DNA of 64,000 nt from Piromyces finnis finn (taxonomy: Eukaryota > Fungi > Neocallimastigomycota): assembly GCA_002104945.1 (NCBI GenBank), contig MCFH01000015.1:124001-188000 (forward strand), read 5' to 3'. Positions 50,101 to 62,900 of this stretch are shown here, in pieces. Each line of letters begins with the position of its first letter. Within the stretch, counting starts at the first letter, position 1. The notes beneath the pieces are model-generated. The model did not search any database and had not been told where the DNA came from. It worked only from the letters and a program-made list of their open reading frames with translations. A program made the translations under genes and the position numbers.

Positions 50101-52651
50101 AAGATATTCTTGTTTCCTAAATTCATTACATCTTTTGTGGATGTAATCAATGAGCTTACGGTAGATTTTAATTCTTTTAATAAATTCATCTATATCATAA
50201 ATTCTTTCTTTTTTAAATCTCTTATACAACTTCATTTTGATTTTTTGAAGATTAAAAATTTGTTGTGAAATATGAAATGAAGACTTTATAACATTATTTG
50301 CTGAAGTAATACTGAGCTCGTCTGCAATTGAAAAAGCAGTTGAAGTAAACTCTTTGGAAAGTTCATCTGTAGAAACATTAGGATCGTTGAATTTTGCTGA
50401 AAGTATTTGGAATTTATTATGACTGAGAATAGATTTCTTTTCCTCAATACATTTTAATCTATTCCATTTCAGAATTTTCTTAGGAACATTAAAGTCATTA
50501 GAAAAATCTTCCATAGGAATAATTTTACCATTAATAAGAAGTGGCTTATGGTCTGATACAGGATAAAAAATATTTATAAATGATCCTGAGTGAATAAAAT
50601 CTTTCATCTTCGAATTGATAAGAGCATGGTCAATGTCGGAAGATTGATCACCTCGAGTCCAAGAGATAGTAGACCCTCTAAGCGGAAGAATTTCCCAATC
50701 TCCTAATCCATTAGTTGATAACCAGTTGGATAATTTTACTTTAGACATATTAAAATCACCAACAAGAATCGATGGATGGGATGAATGAGTTTGTAACCAC
50801 AAGCGAACTTCTAACTTTGCATGATCAACATAGATGTTGTGATGACTATGAGGCATATAAACATTTCCAATCGAGCATTTGAATCTATTCCAGAGACTAA
50901 AAGTATAAATAGAAATAATATACTTTCCAGAGAAGTTTTCAAGTGAGGCTTGACACGAATTGTGAAAACCTAAATATAAACCTCTCATTCCCGGAACTGA
51001 TTCATCAGCTTTCTTGAAAAAGTGTCTATAGTTTCGCAAAGTAACACGACAAGGATAATCTGTATTCGATCCAGAACCATTACCAGTTTCTTGGAAACAT
51101 AAAAATAATGGTTTGAAAATAGCTGTGAAATAGCTAATACTATCTCTCTTTTCGTGATTCCACCCATTGGTGTTCCAACTAAGACAAAAAGAAAAGTTAT
51201 CAGGCTTGTTGGATGAGGAAGAATCGTTGCTATTATTATTATTATTAAAGTCATCGTTATTAATGGATGATGCATCAGAGGAATAAGTAGAACTATTACT
51301 AGATGGCTGTGAAACTGAAGAACTATCAACTATTGAACTGTTATCAGAGTTGATAGAGCTATTAGAATTAATTATTGAATGTTGAGATTGAAATTGTGTT
51401 TGCTGTAGATCTGGAATATTTTCATGATGGGAAACTTGTTGAAGATCGGATTGTTGATGAGATTGTTGAACTGATTGTTGAAATGATTGTTGAATAGAAT
51501 GTTGATGTTTATTAGAAACTAAAATTTTACGTTTGAGTGTGGAAAAAGTGTATTTGTGATTCCTTCTACTACGAGCTGAAAAGGAAATTGAGGTAACTGA
51601 AAGTTTCTTCTTTAACATGTGTAAGATTTTAATACAATCTTTTGTTGAACCATGAACCTTGACTAAGAAAAAGTGATCATTGAAAGTCTGAAAATATTTA
51701 ACACTAATAACTGAATTAAATTTATCTTCTAGAATAACCTCGAGTTTTTCCCATAGCATATTTACTGACCATGATCGAATACCACGGATAAAGAAGGAGC
51801 GAATATCATCTAAGGGGATACCATAAGACCGGGTACCACGTCTGATATAATTCTTATCTTTAATATAAAGGACTGACATGATAATTAATTCTAATTAAAA
51901 AATATTGAATATAAAATAAATACTAATAAAAATTATAAATATAACGTATATGGAAAAAAAATCTGTCTCTCTCTCTCTTCTTAAAAGTACTGGATAGTAC
52001 AAAAATTGTTACGATGCTTTGTTTAAAGTTTTTTTTTTTTTTTGAATTCTAGTTGTTAACTTTTTTTAAAAATTCTAGTTTTGGTTTGTTGTTAGTAAAT
52101 TCGATTCGCTTCTGACACTAAAATTGTTTGACTTTACTTTTCATTAAATATTTAAATTGGTAAAAAATTTGAATCAAGAATATCGACACCAGAAAGCTTG
52201 TGAATAGTATTTTTACATGATGTAGAGTGAATCAGTCTCTTACAAGAAACAATACAACAATAGCTACATGAATATAAAAATACAATGCAAATGCTAAAGT
52301 TGACTACATTGGATTCTTACAAGAGAAGAGTAGTACTACATGAATACATGAATAAAAGAAAAAATACAGCAACAAAATGTATTACTCTTCTAATTAAATA
52401 CTATACAAACTTACCTGAATATCAAACATTCAACTTATTCATCAAATACTTAAATTCGATGAATAAAATGTTTTTTAATCGCTCAGTACCATGAGCTTGG
52501 TCCTAATAATTTTCCCTTAAAGACTAACCAAGCATCCATTGCGCAATACTCGGATTTAATTCTTTCTACTCTCTCAGTACCATGAGCATAAGTAGACCCC
52601 CTTGAGAAACTACATTTATTAAATAAATGAAGGCACGTTTCCAAGAGGGCA
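47101..52651 (-). mobile_element. Non-LTR retrotransposon family A, copy 3 (full length, intact)
   Basis: Poly(A) tail, 3' UTR, uninterrupted ORF, 5' UTR, one 5' monomer, 13-bp TSD. Confidence 0.97.
47368..51879 (-). CDS. 1503-aa single-ORF polyprotein: N-terminal domain, Q/S/N linker, APE endonuclease, RT, CCHC zinc knuckle
   Basis: APE motifs SWNTNG, FQET, NVYMP, GDFN, DIDH, SDH. RT motifs YRGISL, FLDLRKAYDSV, GVRQGCPLSPILFN, FADD. C-terminal CPCC...HWLLDC. Confidence 0.97.
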   Translation of the reverse strand: MSVLYIKDKNYIRRGTRSYGIPLDDIRSFFIRGIRSWSVNMLWEKLEVILEDKFNSVISVKYFQTFNDHFFLVKVHGSTKDCIKILHMLKKKLSVTSISFSARSRRNHKYTFSTLKRKILVSNKHQHSIQQSFQQSVQQSHQQSDLQQVSHHENIPDLQQTQFQSQHSIINSNSSINSDNSSIVDSSSVSQPSSNSSTYSSDASSINNDDFNNNNNSNDSSSSNKPDNFSFCLSWNTNGWNHEKRDSISYFTAIFKPLFLCFQETGNGSGSNTDYPCRVTLRNYRHFFKKADESVPGMRGLYLGFHNSCQASLENFSGKYIISIYTFSLWNRFKCSIGNVYMPHSHHNIYVDHAKLEVRLWLQTHSSHPSILVGDFNMSKVKLSNWLSTNGLGDWEILPLRGSTISWTRGDQSSDIDHALINSKMKDFIHSGSFINIFYPVSDHKPLLINGKIIPMEDFSNDFNVPKKILKWNRLKCIEEKKSILSHNKFQILSAKFNDPNVSTDELSKEFTSTAFSIADELSITSANNVIKSSFHISQQIFNLQKIKMKLYKRFKKERIYDIDEFIKRIKIYRKLIDYIHKRCNEFRKQEYLHWIKTGCEYMKSHNPKKAWKWIKKTAKIGKDSFFIAQPIKNKNGELVVATEEQLEVWHDHFENLASDLSGVSLDLEHWYEEPMNKRFSLPMLDEWDINQDISIDEVKSAILTTPNYKASGPDGIPIEFYKALIPSSNDSNNATDNNSSGNTTSDNDAHGLNFILKLFNRIWDGDFPNSWNESSIVSIPKKGDLTDCDNYRGISLINNGIKLISKIVTTRISEYGLKNNFIRPEQFGFRNKEESISLFISIQEICRRRQLDNKETYLAFLDLRKAYDSVPIGNILHKLDCLGIRGKSLQFIKNLYLTSKANVKLDGQFSKSFDVKKGVRQGCPLSPILFNLFINDIFRECEDLGVSLGDTRCCGGLFADDIVICAPTRGCLKKMLRRVNEWALYNEMEFGIQKCSTMVIRPESIENQNKRDPTFYLAGQPIPTTDCYTYLGVPFDKNLSLKPVIKALNNKVLKGLFSVSKFLRNPNIPIPFKKLVLNSQVISRVSYFAPLLGSNKARSRIAQKHVNKGIRWVAGVHKAVSFISLYSISKDLNIPPLSAKCALAQVRCFNKWKNSNCIISYLVNYIPKFRKYTWCKSSRTLDKKLKKHGDIKAIKNFYRKDLKGNSIKAQYYDDNKFIETKNFIKLCYEYPEFAYGFYWLLKARSGYKLDARVAKAAKFVDPVCPNYCPCCKCGDQSIKHWLLDCPTFRDIRIKHYDSIVQLLNFFSQRNSNSPINNNENVNISRDSNNINSNSNNSSNNSNNSNSNNSSNRNSNNNNSSNRNNNISNDNNSEDNNSNLDSNLVNDSNSSNNPVNINVYDYSSVCSKIFKFLLGGRSFNNINYNSREWKELCKRQIQSGTNEGTPFLTVTAELLTKIMPFAIGQQWSMFKRFEATSKSVNVEETVRQARRASATNGDHNFVP

Positions 52652-52664
52652 TCTTTGACAGATT

Positions 52665-52930
52665 CCTCTAATGGAAATAAATAAGCTAATGCATTCTTCT
52701 TTATTGCGAAAACCAAATTGCTCAGGTCTTATAAAATTATGAGAAAGAGCATACTTTGAAATTCTATTAGTTACAATTTTTGAAATGATTTTAAGACCTA
52801 CGTTGATGAGAGAAATACCACGATAATTATTGCAATCTGAAAGATCGCCTTTCTTTGGAATAGAAACAATGGAAGCAGAGTTCCATTTCAAAGGAAAGGA
52901 TCCATTCCAGATTTTATTAAAAATTAATTT
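52665..52930 (-). mobile_element. Family B retrotransposon, 5'-truncated RT fragment upstream of the copy 3 insertion
   Basis: LIFNKIWNGSFPLKWNSASIVSIPKKGDLSDCNNYRGISL...RPEQFGFRNKEEC continues in frame at 47087 across the TSD. Confidence 0.9.
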
Positions 52931-53162
52931 AAGACAATTTCCAGCAGAAAAAAAAATATATTTTTTTATAAAAGTATTTAAAAGTATTTATACAATATAT
53001 TGTTATATGTATCATAGGTTCGGTATTATGAGTGGATATAGTTTTTTTTTTTTTTTTATATATTTATTTACTAATTTTTTTTTAATATTTTTAAAATTTT
53101 TTTAACTATAAATAATACAGGATAGTATGCAAATAAATAGATTATGAATATATTACAATTAT

Positions 53163-54178
53163 TTATATGGTAAAGTTTTCAATTAAATTATCTTTTTTTA
53201 AAGCATTATTTTTTGAAAATAAAGAATTTTGAGTTCCGCAATTTTTTAAATTACTTTTGAAATATATAGTATAGAATTTCTGAATGTACAAATAATGTAA
53301 AATAACAGCAGAATAGATAATCATAGAAACACATCTGAAAGAATCTTTAAATACTATTGATAAATCATCTATATTTTCAACTAATTCTGAAAAGAATGTA
53401 GAAAAAGAATATATATATAATGGGATAGTAAGATTCTAAGAAGAAAAAGAAAAAAAACAATATTAAATTTTAAAAATTAATATCTTGAAAATAATAAAAT
53501 ATTTTAAAATTATTATCTAAAGAATACTAGAGGGAAAAGGTTTACCTCTTTAAAGTTTTCATTAACATAACGTATAGAATAAGCCAACCATATACCAACT
53601 AATAATACACTATAATTAAATAAAATACTAATAATATTGATAATAATAATAATAACATCAGTATCGTGTATTAAAAATTTTTCAAATATATTTTTATTAT
53701 GCTATATTTATATTATAGATATAATGAATGATTAATAAAAATTACCTAAATACTTTGGTTTTACCATAAACGCATTCCTTATATTCTTTATTAAGTTTGT
53801 TATACTGAACGCTACATGATAGCCCATCATACTTCATCCACAATATTACTAATATTGAATGATAGAGAATAAATGAACAAATAATTAAATGCATCTTGTA
53901 AGCTTGAAGAACAGTTGCATGTCTTATATACTTAAAACTTTTTTTTGTATTATAAAATTAAAATATAGAATTAGTAAATTAAAAATAAATTTTAATTAAT
54001 TAATTATTTATGGTTGTTTAGTTATTTTGATAAAATAATAAAATTCTTAATAATATTTACATTATATGAATTCTTAATGTTTTTACTAAAATTGATCCAA
54101 AAATAAGAGAAAATGCCTGTAATGTAAATATAAATTTCAAAAAAAAATAATAATAATGAATAAAAAAGTTATTATTAA

Positions 54179-54232
<54 letters not shown>

Positions 54233-57200
54233 AAATAAGTATTATAATTAAGAAAATAAAAATTGAAGGATTATTCTAATTTATATAATTTATCCTAATA
54301 AATAAAGTATTTTACATACTAAATTTTTAGTAATATAAAGAGAAAAGCATCTTGTCTTTGTTCTTTCATGTGTTAATGAGTTAATATAATAAGCATTGAA
54401 ATACATGCCAACAAGTATGAGAATTAAAAACTCATAACCCCCTATGTATAATATTTATTATTTAATATTATAATTTTTATTTCATTATAAAGAAACTTGT
54501 ATTCATAGTGATATATGTGTATATATGGATTTTGATATACTTGCCTCCTTTTATGATGGAAACATTTCTATTGATAAAAACAGCAATAATCAAAATTGTA
54601 GAAATTAAATACAAAATATGGGAAATAATTCTATATAATATATCCTTTGCATGACTTCTTGCAACTTTATAATGCTCATTACAATATAAACCGGTATATG
54701 TAGTGGATGAACAATCACATACATTATCATTGATACATCTTCCAGAATTACAAGATGGGTCGCATTTTGGTTTATAACTATAAAGAAAATAAGAATAAAA
54801 AATACAAGAATAAATTTAGCTTATTTATTTCCTAAAATATCAATGATACAAAAATATATATTTTTTATTTATAAATAAAAAAAAATACCATGATTTTAAA
54901 AACTTATGTTCTTTTACTTGATATATATTTTCTGTTTCATTACATTCGATAATTTTAAAATCCATCGATATTTTATTATTTGAAAATTTTGAATAAACAC
55001 CTATAATAATAAAATTAATAAATTAATATACAATATATATATATAATAATATATGTAAGTTAATTTAAAGTTAGAAAGAAATAATTACCAAAGGTTAATA
55101 ATTCAAAAGTGAATTTATATTCTCCTGGAAACCCTACAACTAATTGAATTGCAATTTTTTTTTTTTTTATTATCAATTATTATAATTATATTGATTACAT
55201 AAATATAATTAATATAATAAATATAATATATGTATATTAATGTATATTATTAATAATATAATTCTATATAACTCTATATACTTTGAATGTTATTAATATA
55301 GCATTTATCTTCCCAACAATAACCATGACTTTGTCCTACAATATCAGCATTACCACTATTTCCATATTTATCTGTAACTTTAACTTCAAAATAAGCTAAA
55401 TCATCCATTATTAATTCATCAATACTACTACCAAAAGATAATTCTTTTGCAATAAAATAATTAAAATAATTTGGTAAATAAATTTATTTTATTAACAACG
55501 TTATTAATCAATTTATAATAAACTTACGGTTGTTATAATCATCATATATATTAACTTTTTAGTTCATTACAAAAAATATATAATTTTTTAAATGTTAGTA
55601 TATATAGCCTACATTCAGTCATTATAAATAATGATAACAATATTTTTTTATCCAAAATAAAAAATAATTACTTATAATAAATTGAATAATTAATGTTCCT
55701 GATACTATTTCATTTATTATATAAGAATCATCATGAAATGCAAGACGTGTTGGATTTGTTGAAAATGTATTTGGGATAGCTTTATATTGTTGTAATATAA
55801 AATAACCTTCATTGAAATGAAATAAAGGTTCCGATACTTTATTTAATGAATAGGCAATATGACCTAGATAAAAAGAAGAATAATTAAATATGTTTTATAT
55901 ATATATTAAATATATTAAATACATTTCTCCAATTTAATATACTAGTTATCATTATTATCATTATTTAAATATATAAAATTAGGATACTATTAAGATATAT
56001 AAAATAATATTCTTTTTTTTTTTACCAAAACTTGATGTATTATTAAAGAATTCACAATTAGTAAAATTAACATTTTTACTTGTAGATTCTTCAATAGAAT
56101 ATATAATACCACCATATTTTAATGAATGATTATTTTGAAACTTTGAATTTCTAAAAAATATTCCATAATTTCCACTATTAGTTTTCAATATATTCAAAAT
56201 ACTTCCTTTAACACTTTCTACATTATTAAATAATGAGTTGTCTATCTCGAAAAAACCATAAGCATTATTATCATTACTAAAACTAAAAATTCCATTTTCC
56301 AAAAATGAGTTTTCTACTGTTAAATTTTTTATTGTTGAATGTACTTTAGAATAATTACTAAATCCTCTAACTAAAAAAAAAAATATTTAAAAATAAAATA
56401 GATAGAAATTTTGTAGAAAATCGAAAAAACATCACCTTAATATAAATATTGATATTATGAATAGTATAGTATAATATTTACAATAATAATAATAATAATA
56501 ATGTTATTTTTATATATTTACTTCCATATAAGTTACTGATAGTTATATTTTCAAAAAGCAATGTTGACTCCCCAACAAGATTTCCAATGGAGGAATCTCT
56601 CATTCCTATATTTGATTGACCCTTTTCACATCCTTTTAGTGAATTTCTGAAACATGAATGAATATTATCAAACTAATTTTATTTTATACAGTTTATATGA
56701 TATTATTATGTATCAGTAATAAGGCATAGATATTTATATTTCAAATATTATCTTGAATAAAATAAATATTTATATATTTATATATATGTAAAATGATATA
56801 TAATTACATTTGAATTTGTAATTTCAACTTTTGAGCCTAACATATATATTATTGCTAAAAAAAATAGAAAATAGAAATTTTTAATATATACTATTTTCAT
56901 CTATTTTAAGTTAAAGAAAAAAAATAGAATTATCAATAAAAAATACCTCCAAGAGAATAAACATTTTTAATATTTGCATTATTTATTTTTAATGTAACTA
57001 TCAAAATTGTAAATAAAAATTATTAATTTTATTGTATTCTTCAAAACTTGTTATTATTATCAATTGATTATTGTTAATGATATCTATTAAATAAAAAAAA
57101 ATACCTGAATCTTTTTCCATTACTTCATTATCAAAAAATGCTGAAGGGATTTTGGAATTAAAACCATCAACATATAAATTATTAATTTCTAAATTTGTTA

Positions 57201-58125
57201 GGTCAAATTGAGTAAGAAAACTATTTTTTTTAATTATAAAAGTGTTATTAACAAAGTATTTAGGAAAAAAAATAATAATTATTTATATAATATAATTATT
57301 TTTTCTAAAAATATTAAACTATACCTAACGTAATATCCTCCAGAATTAATAACCTTAACACTAACGGAATAAAAGAAAAGTATAATAAAATAGAATTATT
57401 GTTATATTATTATTTTTAATTTGAATAATAAGGAATCATTTTCTATTTTTATATAAACAGTTTATATTGTACTTTGAAAGTTTCATATGAACACCAGAAC
57501 TTAACCATAATAAAATGGAAGAACTTCGAATAGATGCTTGATATGAATCCTTTATAACGACTGTATCAATTGTAACAACGAGATTATTATTATTAACACA
57601 ATTGAAGAATAATGCACCAATTCCATTACCATAAATATTACTTAAATTGATATTTCTATGTAGAATATTATTTAAATTAATTTAATTTTTATTATTTTTT
57701 TTATGATTTTAAACTAATATTAATAGTAACTTATTTATACTTCATTGATATTTTTGAATCTTCGTTAATGAAAAATAAACTACCGTCTGTTATATAAGAA
57801 TTAATATTTTCACAATATATATCTTCAATGGTTATATCAATATATCCTAAAAGACTAAATACATTTATTTTACCTTATTATTATTATTATTAAAAATAAA
57901 TAGTAAATCATATTATTACTACTTACCCTAAAAAATGACCTCTACTAAGCTGATTCTTTCTAGCATATACATTTTTTAATGTATTGTTTTTAATAAATGA
58001 TATACTATTATCAATTTTTTCTGAATATATATACATGGCACTTCCCTTTTTATAAATAAAAATAATAATAATAACAAATTTATATATCACCATTAAATAA
58101 GTAATTTATTTATATATAATAATAT

Positions 58126-58165
<40 letters not shown>

Positions 58166-59221
58166 GAAATATTTACAGATCCTTCGGCGGTTGTATTTAC
58201 AAATAATAAATTTTCTAGAAAGGATCTTCTAGCTCTATATAAACTTATAGAACCACCAATTTCAGTTGTATAATTATCAAGGAAAATTGTATTTTTAACA
58301 GATACTTTATCACAGAAATAACAATTAAAACTTCCATCCCTTTTTTTTTAAATATTATATAATAAAAAACTATTATTATAAAAATTAAAATGATTCTATT
58401 TATAATTACTTGTCTTTTTTTTTTAATATATGAAAAGATTTTGAAAAAAAAAACTAAACAATATGATCATACCTCACATTATTATAACAATCTTTTATTT
58501 CTGAATTCTTAATATTTATTTCAGAAACAAAATAGGCAATAATACCTCTACTTGTATAACCCCCCTTAAATATTGAGTTTTTTATGTCAATTATTCCGTA
58601 TTCATCCCTATCATTTGTTACATATATCTCACCATTTTCTTTATTTGATATATACAAACAACTAATTAATAAATTTTGGCTACCATTAAACTTACTATCA
58701 GTTATTTGTAAATTTATTGAATCAGCTCTTAAAAGATAATTTATAGGTGAATTTGGAGTATTAAAATTTGAATTGGTAATTGTAAATACATTCTTTGTTA
58801 TAGAATTCATATTTACTTCAACAAATCCTGTCATATTCACATTATATAGATTAACTTGTTGATTATTATCAAAATAAAATACAGATCCATCGGATTCAAT
58901 TGTTATATCCATTATTTCAATATTATTAACATGTTTACCAAAAAATATACCACTATTTTTCGAATTAAATATTATTTTAGAATTTATAGTCACACCTGTG
59001 ATTGCTATTTTTGATATGGTATCACCAACCCTTATAAAATCAGAATCATTCAATTCTATTTCATTCACAACATTTATTATAATATCATTGTCATCATTAT
59101 CACTGTGTTGGTCTCGAAATATATCTTTAAATTCGGATGCATTGTTTATTTCTATAGTTTTAGTAAATACTTTTAAAAAATTACATAATAAAAGTACATA
59201 CGATATATATAAAATATTCAT
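53163..59221 (-). CDS. Multi-exon membrane receptor: signal peptide, pectin-lyase-like/Pmp-type beta-helix repeats, EGF-like domain, class C-like 7TM
   Basis: N-terminal hydrophobic signal. GG(S/I)I repeats (EIGGSISLY, LKYGGIIYS). CDPSCNSGRCINDNVCDCSSTTYTGLYC. TM3-like FSLIFGSILVKTLRI. Last exon ...IENFTI* at 53163. Exact exon chain not fully resolved. Confidence 0.75.
54176..54230. repeat. (TTA)n microsatellite in intron
   Basis: Visible repeat. Confidence 0.85.
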
Positions 59222-59904
59222 GTCTTGTTTTTAAATAGTTATTATTGTATAAGGTTTCTTCTCTTTATATAAATATATATATTACTTTCTCTTCATTTAT
59301 TTTTTATTGTTTAAAATATATTTTGTTGTTAATTTATTAAAATTATTAACATTCCATTTAAATACTATTTATCTGAAAAAAGAATTTCTAAATATAAACT
59401 TTGCATTTTTTTTGGTATAAATCCCTTTAATTAATTATACTTTTTAAAATTATTTAGATTTATTAATTGTTATATACTTTTCATTAATATTTAAAATTCA
59501 GAAAAAAAATTTTTTTTAAACTTTGATATTATTGAAATGCCAACAGCATTAATTCAATCTTTAAATATTTATTTATATTTATAATTGTAAAGTTTTTATT
59601 ATTATTATTATTTTTTTTATTATTATGCTTATTTTAAGGTAATCTAGATTGGATAAGAATTAATTTAAAAAAGCGAAATACATTTTTATTTCATAATAAT
59701 AAAAATGATATTTGATTATTTTTAATAAGATATTAGAGATAGCATACAGTTCTCTATTTTCAAACAATAATAATATTTAAAAAATAAAAAAGACAATACA
59801 TATAATAAAAAACTGAACATTATATTATTAAATTAAGGAAAATAAAATATTATAAATTATTTAATTTCTATTTATATTGAGTTTTGTTTTGTTTTGTTTT
59901 TAAC

Positions 59905-62900
59905 TCAATCCACTTCTTCTTGGGTATTGTTTAACAAATACTGATCCAATATTTCTACTTCTTTCTCTTTTATTTTGATGTGCCACTGCATAAAACTTTT
60001 GAATATATAGGAAATATAATACAACTAATGAAGATAAAGATGTAACTAAAACCCCTACTGAATCTTTAAAAAATAGAGTAAGATCATCGATATGATCAAC
60101 AATTTCTGAAAATAGCGAAAGTACAGTGTAGATATAAACTGGTACAGCAAGTTGCTAATTAAAGCATTAATAAAAAAATATTATTATTATTAGTATTATT
60201 AGTATTAATAGTAGTAGTATTAGTAATATTAGTAGTAGTATATATATTATAAATATTAATTATATACCTCTTTAAAATTGTCATTAACATATCTAATAGA
60301 GTATGCTAATATTACTCCAACAATTAAAATACTAGTATTAAATACAAAACTATAGTTAAAAAATGTTTAAATATTTGATTTGTTAATATATATCCTTCTT
60401 TTATCATATAAAACATAGCTATTAGTTTATATAATTTTTTTTTTTTTCATTTTATAAATATACCTAAATATTTTTGTATTTGGAAATTGACAATCATAAA
60501 ATTCTTTTTCATCTTTAGTATATTGAGCATTACAAGAAATTTTATCGAAACATATCCAGAGGAATAATAACATTACATGGAATAAAAATATTGATGCAAT
60601 AATTAAATACATTTTATATAGTTTAAAGCTTGTTGAATGCCTAACATGTTTAAATCTGTATTATAATAACAAATATATATATTTATTTATTTATTAGAGT
60701 ATATTTTAAATAGTTTTGTTGCTATTTGTAGTAATTGTTAATAGTAAACGCTAAATTTTATATTAACTTTTATTATATTTACATGATATAAATTCTAAGA
60801 GTTTTTACTAAGATTGAACCAAAAACCAGTGCAAAACCCTAATATTATACGTTTAAGTATATTATTTGAATGTGTATTTTTTATTATTGAAATAATGAAT
60901 AATGAATAATTAATAACAATTAGGATGATGATGAAATGCTAATAATTACAGTAATAATAATAACTGTAATAGTAGTAATATATATTACCATATTTCTCAT
61001 AGCATACATTAAAACACAACGTTTTACATTCAATCTCTCTTTTGATAAAAATATAATATATCCACAATTATAAGTGATTCCAACAAGAATAATAATCAAA
61101 AACTCAAAACCACCTTAAATATATAAATAATAATATTATTAATCATTAATTATTAAAAAAAAAGGATTGTTAATAATAATGTACTATGAATAAATTACCT
61201 CCTTTAATAATTGAAGCATTTTTATATACTAATAATAATGCGAGACATATCATTGTTATTACAAATAATACAATGGCAATGATTTGGTATAGATCATACA
61301 TAAATATGTTTCTCTCCAATTTGTAATATTCATTACAATGCAATCCAGTATATGGAGTATTACTACAATCACATACATTATCATTTATACAATTACCAGA
61401 ATTGCATGAAGGATCACAATGTGGTGTATAACTTTATAATAAATTATTTGAATAATATAATAATAATATGATAATGATAATGATTTATTATTTGCTCGTA
61501 TAAAAAAGAAATTAAAAAAATTATAATTTTTTTTTACATAGAAAATTTCATTAAAAAACTTACCATGATTTTAATACTGAATGATCTTTAGTTTGATAAA
61601 TATATTTAGACTCATCACATTCTTTAATAGTAACATCTAAAGATACTTCATTATCATCAAATTCACTATATGATCCTATTATTTTTAAATTTTTAAATTA
61701 AAATAAAATTTAAAATTACATTAGTAAATATTAAAAAACTTCAAAATAACTATAAAAATTATTTTATATATATTTCTAAAAATTAAAATTTACCATATGT
61801 TAAAAGTTTTAACTTAAATACATAATTTCCAGGATTACCAACAACTTCAAATTAAAAAAAGAAAAAAATAGTATTATTTAATCATTCTATATTTTTAAAA
61901 CTGGTTATTAAAAAAAGGGTATCTCTATTTATATATATATGATATGTATATACTTTTTATATTATTTATAGAACATGCATCTTCCCAACAGTATTCTTGA
62001 GTTTGCCCAAATAATACAACATTATCCTTTTTTCCTTCTGTATCCTCTATTTCAACTTTAAAGAAAACTAATTCATCAATATTTAATTTATCAACATTAC
62101 TTCCAAATGAGAATTCTATTTAATTGGTAGTTTTTTATGAAATATTCATTTATAGAGAATATATTTATTAATTTAAAATTGATGCTTAGAATATAATATA
62201 TAATAATAATAATAATAATCATGGCAACTATTTTTTAACTTACTGCTTCCATAATCATCATATATATTGACTAGTAAATACAATAAAATCATATTATTTA
62301 TATAATTTTTATTATTTTTTATTTTATAATTATTATTATTATTTACGGTTGTTGTTGTTATTATTGTTGGTGTTGTTGGTGTTGTTGTTGAGTTAAAATT
62401 ATAATAAATTAATATTCAATTTTATGATTTTTGAAAAATAAAAATTATAAAATGAAAATGTATTTTTAATAGTATGTGTTTTACCAATAATATCATCATG
62501 AATAATATCCCCAGATAATATATCATTAATTTTATTGGAATCTTCATTAATAACAAGTTTTGATGGATTTGTTACAAATGTGTTTTTTATTGATTTTAGT
62601 TGACTTAATTTTGATGTATCATTATAAACAAAAATTGGCTCGGAATCTATGTTTAATGAATATGCCAAATTACCTGAAATAATTATGAAATATATATTAA
62701 TAATTTAAAAAAAAAAAAATAATTAATAGAAAATATTAACAATTCTTTCTTTATATTTTTATTATCGAAAAAAAAAAATCTTTCATTTTTTTTTAATCTT
62801 TGTACTCCTAAACATAATAATTAAAAAAAATTTACCAAATTCAGCAGTATTATTATAAAATTCACAGTTTTCAAAAATAACCCTTTCCTTTACAGAAGAA

